Source: an uncultured archaeon
Lineage (GTDB): Archaea; Asgardarchaeota; Lokiarchaeia; Sigyniarchaeales; SOKP01
Assembly: GCA_964583985.1 (NCBI GenBank)
Contig: CAZOYD010000002.1
Location: 64,001 to 128,000, forward strand
Length of the DNA stretch: 64,000 nt
Reading direction: 5' to 3'
Shown piece by piece: positions 41,687 through 51,781 of this stretch. The translations under genes and the position numbers were made by a program. The notes below the pieces were generated by a model, which saw nothing but the letters and a program-made list of their open reading frames with translations, searched no databases and was not told where the DNA came from. Numbering within the stretch: the first letter of the stretch is position 1; the number at the start of each line of letters is the position of its first letter.

Positions 41687-42234
41687 TTAATTTCACTTTT
41701 TATAATTGAATTATTAATTTATTATGATAAATAACACCAATTAAATATTTATATTATATCTAGTCCAATAATTGTTTTAAATAAAATATGATTAGGATTC
41801 TTGTTAGCAAGATCGGTCTTAAACCTAAACTCTTTATATAATATTTTGCACTTAAAGTGTCCTCCTACATACCCGTCAATTTCAAGGTTTTATAATTTTA
41901 ATAGGATTGCAAATTATTACCAAATCTTAAGATCAAGGAATTAAAAAAGAACTACTTTATTAAAAGATAATTTAATGGCATGTAAATTATTTTTTGAGAA
42001 ATTTTATGCCAAGAACAAATTAGAGAGCAATTGAAATTCGAAAAATTTAAATATAATAATTTGTCAATCGAAACCTTTAAATAGTTAATTTATGAAAATT
42101 TTCCTTTTAATACTTTGTTAATATCCATCCGTTTATATTAATCGAAATCATAAACTTAAAATATAATGAATTATTTTAATTTTACATACCCTTTTCTAAA
42201 AAATATAAGTTAGATTGAATAGATAAAGTATATA

Positions 42235-44706
42235 GTGATGAATACGTGTATTGAAACTAATTTATTACAATCAAATAATGATGAACTAATAAAAACATTA
42301 TTACAATTATCAACTAAAAAGAATGGTCTTACTTCTTCTCAAGCTTCTGAACGATTACAGGAGATCGGTCCAAATGAAATCCCAGAGAAAAAAAAGAATC
42401 CACTTATTGAATTCGCGAAGAATTTCTGGGGACCTATCCCATGGATGATTGAAGCAGCAGTTATAATGTCCGTTTTTGATCAACAGTGGGATGATTTTTG
42501 GATCATTTTTTCATTGTTAATGTTAAATGCATTGATTCGGTTTTGGGAAGAACACAAGGCGGATAACGCAATTGAATTGTTAAAACAACGATTAGCTATT
42601 AATGCCCGAGTAATTAGAGATGGTAAGTGGGGGATCCTGCCAGCAAGAGAATTAGTTCCAGGAGACATTATTCGAGTGCGGCTTGGAGATATTGTCCCCG
42701 CAGATATTAAGCTCATTGAAGGAGATTATTTATTGGTAGATGAATCTACTTTAACTGGCGAATCTTTACCCGCTGAAAAACATTTTATGGATTCGGAATA
42801 CGCAGGAGCAATTGTTAAGCAAGGAGAAATGGTTGGTGTTGTTTCTGGTACGGGATTAAAAACTTTTTTTGGAAAAACAACAAAATTAATGAATTCATCA
42901 AAAACTAGAAGCCATTTTCAGAATGCAATAATGAAGATAGGTAATTACTTAATTACTTTAGCAATTGTTATTGTATTAGTAATTTTCGTAATTGCTACTA
43001 TTAGACACGAAAGTATTCTACAAACCTTACAATTTTCTCTAATCTTAACTGTGGCAGGTATTCCTGCAGCTTTACCCGCTGTTCTTTCTGTAACAATGGC
43101 GATTGGAGCTATGGCATTAAGTAAAAAAGAAGCAATTGTAAGTAAGCTAGTAGCGATCGAAGAATTGGCAAGCATTGATGTGCTTTGTAGTGATAAGACT
43201 GGAACCATTACAAAAAATGAACTTACAATTGGTAAAGTAATTCCATTCTCAAACTATAGTGAAGAAGATGTCTTAAGATATGCTACGTTAGCATCTAAAG
43301 AAGAGAATCAAGACCCGATTGATAATGCAATAATTAATAAATTGAGAACATTTTCTTCTGCAGAAAATGACTTAAAGCAATATAATGTATTGAAATTTAA
43401 ACCGTTTGATCCAATTATCAAAAGAACTGAGGTAGAAATTGAAAAGGTATGTAATATAAAACAAGATAGTGAAACTGAAAATGCTGAATGCTTTAAGGTG
43501 TCAAAAGGAGCCCCTCAAGTTATATTATCTTTGCTAACAGACAATAGTGATATTGAGACGATAAATCATTATGTAGATAGTTTTGCATCTAAAGGATATC
43601 GGGCTCTGGGAGTGGCTAAAACTAATGGTCATGATGAATGGAATTATGTTGGTTTAATTTCTTTGTTCGATCCCCCACGAGAAGATTCAGCTGAAACAAT
43701 AAAAACAGCTCAGTCTATGGGAATCAATGTCAAAATGATAACTGGAGATCATGTCGCTATTGCGAAGCAAATTGCCGAACAAGTTAATTTGGGTATGAAT
43801 ATTATAACAGCAAACGATTATTTAGAAAAAGTGAATGGCGAAGTAGAGAACTCCGTTGAGAATGCTGATGGATTTGCCCAATTCTTTCCTGAACATAAAC
43901 ATAACCTTGTACAGCTCCTTCAGAAAAAAGGACATATTGTTGGCATGACTGGTGATGGGGTAAATGATGCACCAGCTTTGAAGATAGCAGATGTTGGAAT
44001 TGCTGTTGCTGGAGCAACCGATGCTGCGAAATCTGCAGCTGATATTGTACTTACTAAGCCTGGAATCTCTGTAACAATTGACGCAATAAAGGAAAGCCGA
44101 AATATTTTTCAAAGAATGACTAACTATGCCACCTATCGTATAGCTGAGACAATTAGAATCTTATTTTTCATTGCTTTATCAATTATTTTCTTTAATTTTT
44201 ATCCCGTTACTGCTTTAATGATAGTGTTGCTTGCAATTCTCAATGATATTCCTATTATGACAATCTCTTATGATAATGTTAGATATCAAAATGAACCTCT
44301 AACATGGAATATGAAGAGACTATTACTGATGGCCACCTTTTTAGGAATTTTTGGAGTAATTTCTTCTTTTTTAATTCTTTACATTGGATTAAATGTCTTT
44401 CATTTAAGTCCAATCTTACTCCAATCTTTTATTTATTTAAAGCTCTCAGTAGCAGGACACTTGACTATCTTTGTCGCTCGTACTAAAGGACCATTCTGGT
44501 CAATTAAACCTAAGAGAATTCTATTCATAGCGATAATTGCAACTCAATTAATAGCTACTCTAATCACAGTTTATGGATTACTATTACCAGCAATGGGGTG
44601 GGGGTTGGCAATTTTTGTCTGGGTTTACGCTCTAGCATTCTTCATAATAACGGATTTCTTAAAAGTGCGATTGTATAAGTTATTTGATAAGTTGAGAATA
44701 ATATAA
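42235..44706 (+). CDS. P-type (P3A) plasma-membrane H+-ATPase
   Basis: FWGPIPWMIE, TGES, IPAALP, CSDKTGT, KGAPQ, DPPR, TGD, GDGVNDAPAL, ILNDIPIMTI.YD (proton-acceptor Asp). Confidence 0.95.
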   Translation: MMNTCIETNLLQSNNDELIKTLLQLSTKKNGLTSSQASERLQEIGPNEIPEKKKNPLIEFAKNFWGPIPWMIEAAVIMSVFDQQWDDFWIIFSLLMLNALIRFWEEHKADNAIELLKQRLAINARVIRDGKWGILPARELVPGDIIRVRLGDIVPADIKLIEGDYLLVDESTLTGESLPAEKHFMDSEYAGAIVKQGEMVGVVSGTGLKTFFGKTTKLMNSSKTRSHFQNAIMKIGNYLITLAIVIVLVIFVIATIRHESILQTLQFSLILTVAGIPAALPAVLSVTMAIGAMALSKKEAIVSKLVAIEELASIDVLCSDKTGTITKNELTIGKVIPFSNYSEEDVLRYATLASKEENQDPIDNAIINKLRTFSSAENDLKQYNVLKFKPFDPIIKRTEVEIEKVCNIKQDSETENAECFKVSKGAPQVILSLLTDNSDIETINHYVDSFASKGYRALGVAKTNGHDEWNYVGLISLFDPPREDSAETIKTAQSMGINVKMITGDHVAIAKQIAEQVNLGMNIITANDYLEKVNGEVENSVENADGFAQFFPEHKHNLVQLLQKKGHIVGMTGDGVNDAPALKIADVGIAVAGATDAAKSAADIVLTKPGISVTIDAIKESRNIFQRMTNYATYRIAETIRILFFIALSIIFFNFYPVTALMIVLLAILNDIPIMTISYDNVRYQNEPLTWNMKRLLLMATFLGIFGVISSFLILYIGLNVFHLSPILLQSFIYLKLSVAGHLTIFVARTKGPFWSIKPKRILFIAIIATQLIATLITVYGLLLPAMGWGLAIFVWVYALAFFIITDFLKVRLYKLFDKLRII

Positions 44707-44882
44707 AAATAATTTCCTTTTTTTTAAATTTGAATTTAAATTAATTGTATTGATTAAATATTCACTCCGTTTGAGATCTCATTGAATAGATCGTTTTGTT
44801 TTTAAAAAATTAGGTATTAATTCATCAATAATTATCTATCTAAGTCATTATAAGACTTAATAATAAAATTGTTATTAAGATT

Positions 44883-46577
44883 TTAATGAATAAATGAAAC
44901 GGTTTTGTTGATATAATCCAAATATTGATTGATCTCGTTAGTTTTAGTGCTATCATTCCAAGAATATTCTTTTTGCATGATATTTGCTACTTTTTTAGTT
45001 ACTTCTGATGCTTTTTTATGATCTATCAATAACGACATCTCAGTTCTTCGACAAAATACGTCAATTAAATGAGGTGTTAGCTCATATCGTAAAGTATATA
45101 AAATTTCTGCTTTGGTAAAGTCATTCTCTTCAATTAGTCTTTCGGTTAATGATTCATCAGCTTTCATAAGATCTAATATTTTTTTTGCTCCTTTTCCATA
45201 TTGCTGATAAAGATGGTCAGTAATATCTTGTTCCAGATATAAACCTGAGTATTCTAAAATTTTTTCCCATTCTTCTTTTTCAAGCGTGATGATGAACTTT
45301 TGTCGACTAAAGTATGATTCTCTATGGATATCTGAAAAGATCTTATTTTTTTCAATTTTTACAAACAGATCTTCAGCCATTGCTCTCCATTCTGTTAATT
45401 TACCACCAGCTATCGTAAGTAATCCATCACTAGAGAAAAATATTATATGATTTCTAGATACTTCACTCTCAGCTTTTCCTTTTTGCATTACTAATGGTCT
45501 AATTCCAGCATATGTAGATAAAATATTTTCATAATCTAATTTTGCATTTGGGTAATAAAATTTAACAGATTCAATTAAATAATCAGCATCTTCTTTATTA
45601 CAAAATGGATCTGTCAATTCTCCTTGATAATCGGTATCTGTTGTTCCTACTAATGTGTATTTTTTATTTCTCGGAATAACAAAAAGAAATCTATTATCAA
45701 CATTTGAATTAAGACCATTTGCCATATTATTCCCTATATCTTCACGCTTGTATAAGAGATGAACCCCCTTAGTCGGTCTAATTAACGGTTTTGGAATCGT
45801 GTCCGGATAATTCTCTATAAGATTATCGGCCCATACACCGGTCGCATTTATTACTAATTGAGCTCTGATTTCAAAATCAGAATCAGTTTCTAAATCTCTG
45901 CATTTTATCCCAACAATTTTCCCTTTAATTTTAGTGTAATTGGTGACCTTACAATAATTTATGGAATCTGCACCCCTAATATTTGCTTCCTTCAGTGTTT
46001 CAATCGTTAAACGCGCGTCATCAATGTTTGTATCATAATATATTATACCACCAGATATACCCTCTCTTCTAAATTGTGGTTCTAATTTATATATTTCTTC
46101 AGCATTGTATGATTCATTTTTTTTATAATTTTTAAATTCTGATTTATCATCGCTTAAAAAATCATATATTTTAGCACCACCCAGTAAATCACGCTTTTTA
46201 TACTTTCCTCCTTCTATAAATGGTATAAAAAATGGAATAGGTCTAACTAAATGGGGTATCTGAACTCTCATCCAATTTCTTTCACGACAAGCACTCTTAA
46301 CTAAATCCATTTCTCCATGCCCTACATATCTAATTCCGCCGTGTGCCAATTTTGTACTTCGCGATGAAGTTCCAGCTGCGAAATCCTGCATATCAAGTAA
46401 CGCCACTTTTAAATCCCTCATTGAAGCCTCTCGTGCAATCCCTGCTCCAGTAATACCGCCCCCTATAATGATTATATCGTAATATGTTTCTTTCAGTCGA
46501 TTAATGATTTGACCTCTGTTCGATACATTCCAAGTCTGATCAAATAATTTTTTTTCTAAATCTATCATTTTAACCAT
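44883..46577 (-). CDS. FAD-dependent glycerol-3-phosphate dehydrogenase/oxidase (GlpA/GlpD family)
   Basis: IIGGGITGAG, DFAAGTSSRSTKLAHGGIRY, DDARL, KGVH, GTTD, AGIRPL, GGKLT.WR.MAE. Confidence 0.93.
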   Translation of the reverse strand: MVKMIDLEKKLFDQTWNVSNRGQIINRLKETYYDIIIIGGGITGAGIAREASMRDLKVALLDMQDFAAGTSSRSTKLAHGGIRYVGHGEMDLVKSACRERNWMRVQIPHLVRPIPFFIPFIEGGKYKKRDLLGGAKIYDFLSDDKSEFKNYKKNESYNAEEIYKLEPQFRREGISGGIIYYDTNIDDARLTIETLKEANIRGADSINYCKVTNYTKIKGKIVGIKCRDLETDSDFEIRAQLVINATGVWADNLIENYPDTIPKPLIRPTKGVHLLYKREDIGNNMANGLNSNVDNRFLFVIPRNKKYTLVGTTDTDYQGELTDPFCNKEDADYLIESVKFYYPNAKLDYENILSTYAGIRPLVMQKGKAESEVSRNHIIFFSSDGLLTIAGGKLTEWRAMAEDLFVKIEKNKIFSDIHRESYFSRQKFIITLEKEEWEKILEYSGLYLEQDITDHLYQQYGKGAKKILDLMKADESLTERLIEENDFTKAEILYTLRYELTPHLIDVFCRRTEMSLLIDHKKASEVTKKVANIMQKEYSWNDSTKTNEINQYLDYINKTVSFIH

Positions 46578-46672
46578 AATTAGAAAATTCTGGAACGTAA
46601 ATAAGTGTTTCTTAATCTTTTACAGGGATAAATAAATTGATAAAGATGTAATTTATAATTATTTTAATTCAA

Positions 46673-47116
46673 ATGGTGAAAAAATTGCTGAATTCAGAAT
46701 TATTACATGAGATTAAATTAAAATTATCTGATGGAAATGCCAAGGCTGAAGATTGTTCCAAACTTTTTGAAATATATAAACAAATTTCATTAGAAAATGC
46801 GGAATTAAGAGAAGAATTTGATGATATGGGAATGTTAGATATGGACTTCTTAGGACAAATGATCATATCCGATAAAAACAAGAAATTTTGGCTTAAATTC
46901 AAAGATGGAAAAGTGGATTATGGAAAAGATGATGCCAATAATCCCTTAATTACCTTTACAACTAATATGAATACGTTTATAGGAATTCTTTTTGGGACTA
47001 TTGAAATTTCTAGTGCTCATAAAGCCGGAGATGTCAGCTTTAATGGTGATAGTGAAGCTTTAATGGATTTTCAAGCAATAACTTCTGTTTTGAATGATTT
47101 TTTACAAAATATTTAA
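46673..47116 (+). CDS. SCP2 sterol/lipid-binding domain protein
   Basis: FWLKFKDGK...G....P..TF......F..IL.G......A...GD..FNGD SCP2 pattern. Confidence 0.8.
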   Translation: MVKKLLNSELLHEIKLKLSDGNAKAEDCSKLFEIYKQISLENAELREEFDDMGMLDMDFLGQMIISDKNKKFWLKFKDGKVDYGKDDANNPLITFTTNMNTFIGILFGTIEISSAHKAGDVSFNGDSEALMDFQAITSVLNDFLQNI

Positions 47117-47231
47117 TATAATCTCTTTTTATATCGCATCTAATAGTAATATTTAACATTTTTCCATTGTATTTGATTAGGTTTTGAATTGCTCTTTCTA
47201 AAATTTGATGATAATTTTATTCTTCCTGCAT

Positions 47232-48413
47232 TCAAGTAAAATTAGAGATATCACTCGTAATAAATTCCATATATCTTTTTAAAAATGTGGATAATTGGTT
47301 AAAATTGGGGGATTCTCCGGTTCTTACAAATATAGCGGTTAGCGCATTTCCCATTAGTATTGCTTCAGGTGGGGACAGATCGGAAGAAATTCCAAGAACA
47401 GTACCAGAATGAAAATGATCTCCCGCTCCAACAGTAAATTTGGGTTTTGATGTAAACCCTTCGGTGATCCAATAATGATCTTCTACTGTAGAAATTGTTG
47501 CAAAATGAGGAGAGTGAATCACTAAATAAGATAGATTGATTTCTCTATTCATTTTCTTTCCGCCTTCAATAAATTCAGACAGTCGAGATTTATCTAAATT
47601 TTTAATATTAAGCAAGACTCTTGAAAGATAGGAAGCTTCTTGATCATTTGCACTTAACAAGACAGGGATATGATCATTGATTTTTTGTAGAACCTTAATT
47701 AGATCATTTATGTCATTTGCTGAGCGTTTTCTAATATCGGCGATATCTACGAAAAAGAGTTTCTTTCTTAGATTAGAAATTGACGGAAAAAGATCACTTA
47801 AAAAGTGTTTCCAAATATCATTTAAATGAGGCACTAAAGCCCAGTGACCAAATCCCAAGATGTCTGATTTATCAACCATTTGAATTATATCATCAACCTT
47901 TAATATCTTAGTAAGCGTTTTCCAGCTAATATTTAGGATGGGTTCAAAATCAGTAATCATTATTTTACCATCATCAAATTCTAAACCTAGAGTTTGACCT
48001 GGATTCGCTATTGGGTAGGATTCTACATCAGGTAAGGGAATGTATAATTCGTTTAACGCTGGATAACCTAAAGCAGCTATTAGATAGATTTTCGATCCTA
48101 ATGCATTAATCGCTCTACATGTATTGGGGGCAAATCCACCAAAAATTCGTTTTTTTAACACTCTCTCCACATTTGCTGAACTCCCGGCAACGTCTATTAG
48201 CAATTCTCCAAAATCCTTTAATGTACTCATTTTAGTCCATTCTTCTGCATTTTTTCTACTCTGAACGAGTGAATAAAGTGAATCAATATATCCGTCAAAT
48301 CCTAAAAAACAGGATTTACTCTTAATTAAATTTTCTAAATCCCCTAATTTCGTAATTATGCTATTACAGGATTCTAATGTATAATCATAATTATTCTGTG
48401 GTTTATATTTCAT
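47232..48413 (-). CDS. PfkB/ribokinase-fold carbohydrate kinase-like protein
   Basis: GFDGYID, GGFAPN, LEFDDGKIM, NDQEA, TVGAGDHF. Confidence 0.8.
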   Translation of the reverse strand: MKYKPQNNYDYTLESCNSIITKLGDLENLIKSKSCFLGFDGYIDSLYSLVQSRKNAEEWTKMSTLKDFGELLIDVAGSSANVERVLKKRIFGGFAPNTCRAINALGSKIYLIAALGYPALNELYIPLPDVESYPIANPGQTLGLEFDDGKIMITDFEPILNISWKTLTKILKVDDIIQMVDKSDILGFGHWALVPHLNDIWKHFLSDLFPSISNLRKKLFFVDIADIRKRSANDINDLIKVLQKINDHIPVLLSANDQEASYLSRVLLNIKNLDKSRLSEFIEGGKKMNREINLSYLVIHSPHFATISTVEDHYWITEGFTSKPKFTVGAGDHFHSGTVLGISSDLSPPEAILMGNALTAIFVRTGESPNFNQLSTFLKRYMEFITSDISNFT

Positions 48414-48539
48414 AAGATCACCTTAAACTATCTTGGATATAATAAATAATATCTTTAATTATTTTAAACCAAAAATAATTGAGATAATAAATTGAGATCT
48501 CCTTTTATAATTAAAAAAATTTAGGTTAAAAAAAAAGAG

Positions 48540-49022
48540 TTAATTATAGGTATAAATTGCTAATACTCCTTCATTAATGTATTCACTAACTCCGACACCA
48601 AATGCTTGTACTTCTATTTCATATGTACCTGCTGCTAAACCATTAATTAAAACATGTGTTGTTATACTATAACCCATAAGTGCTCCACCAGAAGTTTCTA
48701 TATTGAATTCTCTCCTAGAGCTTGGGATTTCGACGTTATCCCTCATTAATCGTACCCCACCTATAAGAACCCCTATATTAGCTGTAAATTCACCATTGAA
48801 CAAGATCATAACCTTTTCTCCTGTATTTACAGTGATAGTTAGATCCATATCAGGTATATCAGCGTAGCTTCCGGAAGTATAATAAATTGTTGGTTGTTCA
48901 ATTGTCCAAATTTGCACAATTGCAGGTTCTGGTGTAAAAAAAACTGAATAAACACCAAGACCTAAACCCCCAAGACCAACTAGCAAAGCTAAGACTGCTA
49001 ATCCATTATTTCTACTGCTCAT
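48540..49022 (-). CDS. Small membrane-anchored beta-sandwich protein
   Basis: N-terminal Gly-rich TM; all-beta ectodomain ending GLAAGTYEIEVQA. Confidence 0.65.
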   Translation of the reverse strand: MSSRNNGLAVLALLVGLGGLGLGVYSVFFTPEPAIVQIWTIEQPTIYYTSGSYADIPDMDLTITVNTGEKVMILFNGEFTANIGVLIGGVRLMRDNVEIPSSRREFNIETSGGALMGYSITTHVLINGLAAGTYEIEVQAFGVGVSEYINEGVLAIYTYN

Positions 49023-49157
49023 ATTCTCATATCACATCTTTTTCTAATTAAATCTTAAATTATATTACACTATAAACACCAAAATTTAAAATTTATTTTT
49101 GCGGGAGATATTAATCATATATGATAATATAAGATAAAACGATTTTAGAATGAAGAA

Positions 49158-50216
49158 TTATTTTTCTAACAACTTATTAAGAATTAAAGGCATTGAATAG
49201 ACGTCATAATAATTGTGATCGATGCATTCTTTCATTAATCCAACAAATTTTTGAGGATCTTGAAGGTATTTTTTATAACTTAACCCAATAAGACCACTAG
49301 GCATCTCATTTTCTCTTTTTAAATTTAGTAGTTTTTCTTCCATGTTTGTAAGACTAAATTTTTCATAGAGTCCTTTAAATTTCCTGCGACAATTATGATA
49401 TAAATCAATGTGATGATAAACTGTATTAACTGAATCGTAAAGATTGTCTTGTTCCCTGATCATTGGGTTGCTATTATAGTAATATATGAACCTTCTTGCC
49501 ATGTAAGGCAAATCAAATGTTCTACCATTATATGTCACGAAGCTTTTAAAGTTGGGAAATACTCTATTCTTTAAATGCTCACATATCGCTATTTCTTCAC
49601 TTACATCTCTAGCATATAAAATATGAATCTCGAAGGAAGAATTGGTAAAATGGCCTAACCCAATAATTATCATCGGACCATCATAGAGATCTAATGTTTC
49701 TATATCTAAAAATAAAAAATCTTTTATATTAAAACAGAAGCTGGCATCAATATCATAAATATATTGGTTATTGAGCAATGCGTTGTAATCTTTTTCTTTT
49801 ATTAATTTCAATAATTCGTTTGCTGATTTTCCATATTTGATCATGTGTTTTAAATCATGGAGAGAGTTCACTCCGCGATCTTTTAAACGCTTTTCAATAT
49901 ATTCGCCTATGTAATAAATTGTCTTTAGATTGTAAATAATGGAATTTTTAGACGAATTCAAGTTGAGATTATGGGGAATGTCAACGTTTTCCCAGATTAT
50001 TTCCATGAATTGCCCCATATCATTTGATACAATTTGATAATTGGGATAGAGCTCTTCAATTGTTAATCCTTTATATTGCTCTATGAATGGAGTGATGTTA
50101 AAGCGGTCAAAAACTTGATAATAGTCCATTTTCAATATATAATCTGTAACTATATTTAATAATTTAATCGGTGAAGAATTATAATAACTCTGTATTAAAT
50201 AAAAACACCTTTTCAA
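49158..50216 (-). CDS. YprB-like RNase H-fold (DEDD) exonuclease; start probably at MDYYQ
   Basis: FLDIET, TYNGRTFDLP, HIDL, SL...E..LL...R, HNYYDV; HhH-like IGEYIEKRL...GV upstream. Confidence 0.82.
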   Translation of the reverse strand: MKRCFYLIQSYYNSSPIKLLNIVTDYILKMDYYQVFDRFNITPFIEQYKGLTIEELYPNYQIVSNDMGQFMEIIWENVDIPHNLNLNSSKNSIIYNLKTIYYIGEYIEKRLKDRGVNSLHDLKHMIKYGKSANELLKLIKEKDYNALLNNQYIYDIDASFCFNIKDFLFLDIETLDLYDGPMIIIGLGHFTNSSFEIHILYARDVSEEIAICEHLKNRVFPNFKSFVTYNGRTFDLPYMARRFIYYYNSNPMIREQDNLYDSVNTVYHHIDLYHNCRRKFKGLYEKFSLTNMEEKLLNLKRENEMPSGLIGLSYKKYLQDPQKFVGLMKECIDHNYYDVYSMPLILNKLLEK

Positions 50217-50264
50217 CTTATCTTAATTTTTGGAATTAAGATAGAAAACGTGTTTCTTTTTGAT

Positions 50265-51599
50265 CTAATAATCAATTCGAGGAATGGAATCATCCAGTTC
50301 ATTGCGTGATGGTTTAAACTTGAAAAACCTCCTTGATTCACTATCTTCTAAGACGTAATTGCTTCCTCCACCATGTACCATACAATACGGGTCCATTAGC
50401 CCTATTTCATTAGCATATTGCCTTGTAAATCCCCTACCACCTAAAGTTCTGAAGCAGTGTATAGCACTTTCAAAACCGAGTTCTGTTGAACTGATTTTTA
50501 ATCCCATTGCGTTAGCCGCCATTAATTTTGAACCTGCTAATTCTGGATTTTTATCTAATTGTCGTACATACTGAATAAGCGCAGAAAACAATAAATTTAA
50601 TTCTCTAATTTTGGATGAGATTGGAAATCGAATCACTTGATATTGATGGAGCCTGCGTTCGAACTGTATTCTTTGTAACGCATAAGCATGAGAATAGAGC
50701 AACTTTTTCATGGTATCACCTAAAGCTTCCGCACTAATTACTAAACGTTCTTCAGTCAATTGGTGAAATGCAATATCCAACCCATGTCCTCTCAACAAGT
50801 TTTCCTTAGGAATTTCTACCCTATCAAATATCAATCTACTCACGAACGCATCTGTCATTCCATAAGTGCTGATTCTAGTGCTCCTAAAATCTTTAAGCTG
50901 TTGATGTTCAGTGTCAACTACAATTGCACTTAGCTGACCATTGTTTAAGCGACCATACAAGATGATATAATCAGCTATCATCCCATTAGTAATGAAGAGT
51001 TTCTTTCCCTTTGCAATGATTTTATCATCTCTCTCATGGAGTGCTAGTTCCATTCGGAAAATGTCTGAACCGGCATTGAATTCGGTCATGGCTGAAGCTC
51101 CTATTTGACCATTCTTGGCAACAGGAACGAGAAATTTTTCTTTTTGAAACTCATTTGATGCATAATTTACAGGATTGCAATATAAAGTACCCCCTGCAAG
51201 CCTTCCCATTTCAATGCTATAATTGCCTGCTATGTACCTCTCACTATACTCGCTCCACCTACCACCACATAATGCATAAGCAATTAAAGCATTCCGAGTA
51301 ATTCTACCAACTTCATAATCATCTTCATTTAGCACAGTTGAATAATATCCTTTGTCAGATAATTTTTTCATTATATTGACGACGAGGTCTCTCTTTTTCT
51401 CCTGGGTAGGTTCCTCAACAATGTAATTTAGTTCCTCTAATTTTCTAAGTTCTGTATCAAGCTCTTTTTCAATAAATTCATATAATTCAGCTAGAAATTC
51501 TTTTTCTTTTGCATTCAAGACGGGATTATTTAATAAATCCAATTCAGGGACGTATTTCGAAATGCGTATCTTGCTGAATTCAGCAATTCTAGTATCCAT
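50265..51599 (-). CDS. Acyl-CoA dehydrogenase
   Basis: AMTEFNAGSD, GKKLFITNG, FD.VEIP.ENL, EERL, R.QF, GGRGF, GGGSN. Confidence 0.9.
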   Translation of the reverse strand: MDTRIAEFSKIRISKYVPELDLLNNPVLNAKEKEFLAELYEFIEKELDTELRKLEELNYIVEEPTQEKKRDLVVNIMKKLSDKGYYSTVLNEDDYEVGRITRNALIAYALCGGRWSEYSERYIAGNYSIEMGRLAGGTLYCNPVNYASNEFQKEKFLVPVAKNGQIGASAMTEFNAGSDIFRMELALHERDDKIIAKGKKLFITNGMIADYIILYGRLNNGQLSAIVVDTEHQQLKDFRSTRISTYGMTDAFVSRLIFDRVEIPKENLLRGHGLDIAFHQLTEERLVISAEALGDTMKKLLYSHAYALQRIQFERRLHQYQVIRFPISSKIRELNLLFSALIQYVRQLDKNPELAGSKLMAANAMGLKISSTELGFESAIHCFRTLGGRGFTRQYANEIGLMDPYCMVHGGGSNYVLEDSESRRFFKFKPSRNELDDSIPRIDY

Positions 51600-51781
51600 A
51601 CTAGATCATACATTTTTTTGTAATAATAAATTTACCTTGATACGGATGTTGGAATTTATTCCCACTTATAATTCGTAATTTATTGGTAAGTTTTAATCAT
51701 AAAGCTTCTTAATAATAAAATATCAAATCTTTTAGTAAAGAGATTTAAATATACTTCTAAAATAAACTTAGAGTGTAAAAA

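Noticed and set aside
41873-41891. CCGTCAATTT stretch resembling a conserved 16S rRNA primer site
   Set aside because: Only a short match in AT-rich DNA with no flanking rRNA-like sequence.
43447-43469. GTATGT...AG resembling a yeast 5' splice site within a short insertion in the P-type ATPase
   Set aside because: The ORF is uninterrupted, the nearest GT-AG spans (19 and 23 nt) break the frame, and I found no BHB fold; likely a variable surface loop.
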